Assembly (NCBI GenBank): GCA_004322425.1
Contig: SCVJ01000105.1
Span: 1-9,023, forward strand
Direction of reading: 5' to 3'
Length of the DNA: 9,023 bases
DNA from: Chitinophagaceae bacterium
Lineage (GTDB): Bacteria > Bacteroidota > Bacteroidia > Chitinophagales > Chitinophagaceae
The stretch's first letter is position 1; every line of letters starts with the position of its first letter. Shown here one piece after another: positions 6,680-9,023 of the stretch. The notes below the pieces were generated by a model. That model had not been told where the DNA came from and searched no databases. It saw nothing but the letters and a program-made list of their open reading frames with translations. The position numbers and the translations under genes are program-made.

Positions 6680-7390
6680 CTACTTCCCCTTCCCTCGACG
6701 AGTGGCCCAGCCCTTCTTCGCCGCCGCGCTGTAGTCGCGCACCTTGCCACCAACGACTCCGCCACCCCCGCCACCCGCACCGGCAACGGGCGAGGGGCCG
6801 CCAACCTCCGCACCACCTTCGGGCGTGCCGAGCTTGCCCCCGAGGGCGGTGAGGATGCGCGCCATGAACCGCTTCGGAATCTTCGGCTGCTCTCGCTCCC
6901 ACACCGGCGCGACGAAGGGGCGGGGCGGGATGTGGATGACGAGGATGCCCGTGTCGCTCGAGCCGAAGGCGCCGCTCGGCAGGCGTGGGCCCACCTGCTC
7001 GGGCAAGGCGGCGTGAAGAAACTTCCGCATCTTGTCCGTCATGCGCATCGTGATGACGCGCCCGTTCTCGTGGATGTCGGCGAGGCGCGCGCCGGCCGAG
7101 CTCGCGGGCACACCCACGAAGGCTTCGTGCTTGCCCTTCTGCACGACGCCGATGCTGCCCTTCAGGTTGCCCGTGCGTTGGAGCGGTTTGCTCCCGCCCC
7201 CGCGGGTCTTCACGGTGAGCGGCGAGAGGGCGGGCTTCACCCGACCGAACTGCTTCACAATCTGGCCGCGCAGGTACTCGGCCTCCCCCATGACGGCGGT
7301 CTGGATGGCAGCGTCGAGCTCCGACGGCAGCACCTTCAGGAGCTTCGCCGCTTGGTCCCAGTCGCCAACCTTCTTGACGGTGAGGCCCAT
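6680..7390 (-). CDS. HK97 gp10-like / virion-morphogenesis-type tail completion (neck) protein with a Gly-rich basic C-terminal tail
   Basis: 236-aa ORF. Its ATG overlaps the upstream stop (TGATG at 7392..7388), which suggests translational coupling. LSPLTVKTRGGGSKPLQRTGNLKGSI resembles the conserved core of gp10-like / Mu gpG-like proteins. The tail reads AGAGGGGGGVVGGKVRDYSAAAKKGWATRRGKGK. Confidence 0.6.
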   Translation of the reverse strand: MGLTVKKVGDWDQAAKLLKVLPSELDAAIQTAVMGEAEYLRGQIVKQFGRVKPALSPLTVKTRGGGSKPLQRTGNLKGSIGVVQKGKHEAFVGVPASSAGARLADIHENGRVITMRMTDKMRKFLHAALPEQVGPRLPSGAFGSSDTGILVIHIPPRPFVAPVWEREQPKIPKRFMARILTALGGKLGTPEGGAEVGGPSPVAGAGGGGGGVVGGKVRDYSAAAKKGWATRRGKGK

Positions 7391-7908
7391 CAGCCCCCCG
7401 TGCGTAGACCCTGCTCGCGCTCGTCGAAGGAGACGATGAGCAGGTTGCGCTCCCCGCCGCAGAGGCCGAAGCTCTGAGGCTGCGACTCCGTGGCGAAGAG
7501 CCCACCGCTCGAACTCTTCACCGCTTGGACGAGAGCATTGTCCCGGTAGCGGCGAATTGAGACGAGCCGGTCGTTCACACGGATGAGCGCGTCGCCGGTG
7601 CCCCCCTCGACGAGACCCATGAGCTCGAGGTCTTGGAAGTGGAAGACCAGCACGACGCGCGACTGCGGCGCGTTGCCCTGCGCGAGCTGGGCGAGGGCCT
7701 CGAAGGTGCCGACCTCGACTTGGCAGGGCACGAAGATGACCGGCTTCTCCTTGCGGGCGCTGGCGCCGGAGGTGAGCTTGACCACCTCCTTGAACACGTC
7801 GTCGTATCCGCTCGTGAGCGGGCCGCCCATGTCGGGGTCGGTCGCGGTGGCAACGGTGTCGAGCTGCGCGAGCTCGGCAACGAACGGGTTGATGAGTCGG
7901 CCTCTCAT
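7390..7908 (-). CDS. Putative head closure / head-tail adaptor-like protein (172 aa)
   Basis: This is the in-frame ATG at 7908 within track ORF 7390..8166, reading MRGRLINPFV. The upstream 86 codons overlap the small Cys-rich ORF and tRNA A and are Arg/His/Pro-rich junk. ATG 7908 overlaps the stop of the upstream ORF (ATGA). ALIRVNDRLVSIRRY and NLLIVSFDERE are reminiscent of head-tail joining family proteins. The function is tentative. Confidence 0.55.
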   Translation of the reverse strand: MRGRLINPFVAELAQLDTVATATDPDMGGPLTSGYDDVFKEVVKLTSGASARKEKPVIFVPCQVEVGTFEALAQLAQGNAPQSRVVLVFHFQDLELMGLVEGGTGDALIRVNDRLVSIRRYRDNALVQAVKSSSGGLFATESQPQSFGLCGGERNLLIVSFDEREQGLRTGG

Positions 7909-8117
7909 GCTTTCTTCACCCGCGGCGGATGGTCCAACCGTATCACGAGCCAGACCATCGCCGGGCACTCGAGGCAGCGCGCGTGGAAGTGGCCGACCTT
8001 CTTCGCGCAGTCTCGGCAGCCCGGGACGAAGCCGGTGCTTATCTCGATGGGCGCGTTGCAGACGCCGCAAAGGATGGTGAGCCCCGTGAGCTTCATGCCC
8101 TTCATGGGACTGCACAC
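7905..8117 (-). CDS. Small Cys/His-rich (zinc-ribbon-like) protein, about 63-70 aa
   Basis: The ORF carries CGVC, CRDC and HFHARCLEC motifs. Its stop overlaps the next gene's start (ATGA at 7908..7905). The start is ambiguous among GTG 8117, ATG 8105 and ATG 8096, and none has a good SD. It begins 8 nt after the last tRNA-like gene. Confidence 0.5.
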   Translation of the reverse strand: MCSPMKGMKLTGLTILCGVCNAPIEISTGFVPGCRDCAKKVGHFHARCLECPAMVWLVIRLDHPPRVKKA

Positions 8118-8125
8118 TAACTCGG

Positions 8126-8199
8126 AGGGCCTGGCGGGGCTCGAACCCGCGGCCTGCCACCTCCACGGGGTGGACGCTCTACCTCTGAGCTACAGGCCC
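8126..8199 (-). tRNA. tRNA-like gene A; anticodon probably GTG (His) but with a non-canonical anticodon arm
   Basis: Hand-folded from the minus strand: GGGCCTG-TA-GCTC-AGAGGTA-GAGC-G-[T CCACC CCGTGGA GGTGG C]-AGGCC-GCGGG-TTCGAGC-CCCGC-CAGGCCC-T. The acceptor, D and T arms are perfect with a GTTCGA T-loop. The anticodon arm is 19 nt instead of 17, and C rather than U occupies the position-33 slot. Confidence 0.6.
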
Positions 8200-8204
8200 T
8201 TGAG

Positions 8205-8280
8205 TGGGGATGGCGGGCTTTGAACCGCGCGTCTACCGGGGCTTTTGACCCCGGTGCTCTACCGGCTGAGCTACATCCCC
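8205..8280 (-). tRNA. tRNA-like gene B; isotype unclear (loop TCAAAAG on a 6-bp stem)
   Basis: Hand-folded: GGGGATG-TA-GCTC-AGCCGGTA-GAGC-A-[CCGGGG TCAAAAG CCCCGG]-TAGAC-GCG(C)GG-TTCAAAG-CCCGC-CATCCCC-A. The acceptor and D arms are perfect. The anticodon stem has 6 bp. The 5' strand of the T-stem carries one extra C. Confidence 0.55.
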
Positions 8281-8283
8281 AGG

Positions 8284-8363
8284 CGCGCTCGGTGGGAGTT
8301 GAACCGCACGACCTCCGCGAACACCAAGATGCACGCGGTGCTCTAGCACTGAGCTACGAGCGC
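8284..8363 (-). tRNA. tRNA-like gene C; loop contains U-CUU (Lys-like) on a greatly extended anticodon arm
   Basis: Hand-folded: GCGCTCG-TA-GCTC-AGTGCTA-GAGC-A-[CCGCG TGCA TCTTGG TGTT CGCGG]-AGGTC-GTG(C)GG-TTCAACT-CCCAC-CGAGCGC-G. The acceptor stem is perfect. The D-loop lacks the GG dinucleotide. The anticodon arm is 24 nt instead of 17. The T-stem has the same extra C as tRNA-like B. Confidence 0.5.
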
Positions 8364-8368
8364 ATGAA

Positions 8369-8719
8369 CTAGCGGAGAAGGGGCAGCGACGACACGTAGC
8401 GTCGCACGACCTCCTTTCGCGCAGGCGCGCAGCCCAGCGCCATGAGGGCACCGCCCCAAGGCGGGTCGGGTTCTGTGATGCGCACGAACGCGACCCCCGC
8501 CTGCTCGAGACGAGCGGCGAGGGCGTGGAGCGCACCTTCGTCTGGGACCGTGAGCACGACGGCGTTCGTGCCGGAGCTCAGGTTGCCGGGGCTACTCTCG
8601 CCGGCTGCATGAACAATCTGCGCCGCTTGTACTCCCCTCGGGAGGTCGGCGCGGAGGATGACGTAGTGGGTCAGCGGTGAGGCTGTCGCCGTCTCGGCGA
8701 GGTCACTGTGGCAGGCACG
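8369..8719 (-). CDS. PTH2-like (archaeal/eukaryotic-type) peptidyl-tRNA hydrolase ORF; start codon unresolved, possibly a pseudogene or non-canonical initiation
   Basis: The track ORF 8369..8557 starts at a GTG, but the frame stays open upstream to the TGA at 8722..8720. The extended translation is ...LTHYVILRADLPRGVQAAQIVHAAGESSPGNLSSGTNAVVLTVPDEGALHALAARLEQAGVAFVRITEPDPPWGGALMALGCAPARKEVVRRYVSSLPLLR. V-I-L-R-x-D-L-x-x-G-x-x-AAQ-x-x-HAA and ...ALG-x-AP...LPLL resemble the N- and C-terminal PTH2 motifs. The stop lies 5 nt from tRNA-like C. Confidence 0.55.
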   Translation of the reverse strand, partial: RACHSDLAETATASPLTHYVILRADLPRGVQAAQIVHAAGESSPGNLSSGTNAVVLTVPDEGALHALAARLEQAGVAFVRITEPDPPWGGALMALGCAPARKEVVRRYVSSLPLLR

Positions 8720-8754
8720 TCATGAGCCCCATCCTACGCACGACCTCGAAGCCG

Positions 8755-9015
8755 TCAAGTCGCACCGAGCGCGGGTGGCCTCATGAAGCTGGCGAGGATG
8801 TGGTCAATCTCGGGGTCGCCCGTGAGGAAGGCGCCGCGCAGGGTGCCGAGCCCTTCAAGGGTGTACGCCTGGTCCCGCGTGCGCTCCGACGTGAGACGGT
8901 TGCGGTTCATCGCGTCGTTGCGCCGGCCCACGTCCGCCATCTTGTAGAGCTCGCGCATGACGAGGAGCTTGCAGGCGTGGTTGATGAGCGGGGGGATTAC
9001 GCCCGTCGAGCTCAT
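8755..9015 (-). CDS. Phage hypothetical protein, possibly head-tail connector/adaptor-like; may extend beyond the right edge
   Basis: 86-aa ORF from ATG 9015. The frame stays open upstream to the window end (9016..9021 has no stop), so the true start may lie outside. PPLINHACKLLVMRELY weakly resembles gp6-like connector helices. Its position upstream of the head-closure-like gene fits that role. The functional call is weak. Confidence 0.4.
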   Translation of the reverse strand: MSSTGVIPPLINHACKLLVMRELYKMADVGRRNDAMNRNRLTSERTRDQAYTLEGLGTLRGAFLTGDPEIDHILASFMRPPALGAT

Positions 9016-9023
9016 GCCGTCGT

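Noticed and set aside
6675-7505. 276-aa minus-strand ORF overlapping the gp10-like gene
   Set aside because: It is an alternative frame of 6680..7390 and of the end of 7390..7908. It has very high Arg/Gly/Ala/Pro content. The competing frame has a recognisable conserved core and translational coupling.
7909-8166. N-terminal 86-codon extension of track ORF 7390..8166
   Set aside because: It overlaps the Cys-rich ORF in another frame and runs into tRNA-like gene A. It is Arg/His/Pro-rich. The internal ATG 7908 forms an ATGA coupling junction.
8233-8535. 100-aa minus-strand ORF across tRNA-like genes B and C and the PTH2-like ORF
   Set aside because: It reads through two tRNA-like genes and is out of frame with the PTH2-like ORF. 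Its composition is Arg/Ser-rich.
1-9023. CRISPR arrays, IS elements or transposase genes, rRNA
   Set aside because: No spaced direct repeats, terminal inverted repeats or transposase-like ORFs were seen. The only short repeat (GAAGAAGAAG near 1605..1640) is part of the frameshift hairpin within coding sequence.

Overview
High-GC window carrying the head-tail joining and contractile-tail module of a myovirus-type phage or prophage. All structural genes are on the minus strand, read right to left: possible connector-like ORF (edge), head-closure/adaptor-like protein, HK97-gp10-like tail-completion protein, IPT/TIG + DUF4255-like putative tail terminator, 126-aa unknown, tail sheath (753 aa), T4-gp19-like tail tube, tail assembly chaperone with a -1 frame extension, and the N-terminus of a TP901-type tape measure protein. 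The tape measure ORF is edge-truncated and absent from the ORF track. Two accessory insertions interrupt this backbone. (1) A tightly packed minus-strand cassette sits between the connector-like and head-closure genes. It holds a PTH2-like peptidyl-tRNA hydrolase ORF with no canonical start for its conserved N-terminus, three tandem tRNA-like genes, and a small Cys/His-rich ORF. By hand-folding, all three tRNA-like genes have over-long anticodon arms, and two have an extra C in the T-stem. (2) A free-standing NUMOD4/HNH homing endonuclease lies on the opposite (+) strand between the chaperone genes and the tape measure gene. A canonical CCCTTTA slippery heptamer followed by a 10-bp hairpin sits in the overlap of the two chaperone ORFs. 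Most other ORFs in the track are antisense or out-of-frame shadows typical of high-GC DNA. All family assignments come from motif recognition by eye, since no searches could be run.
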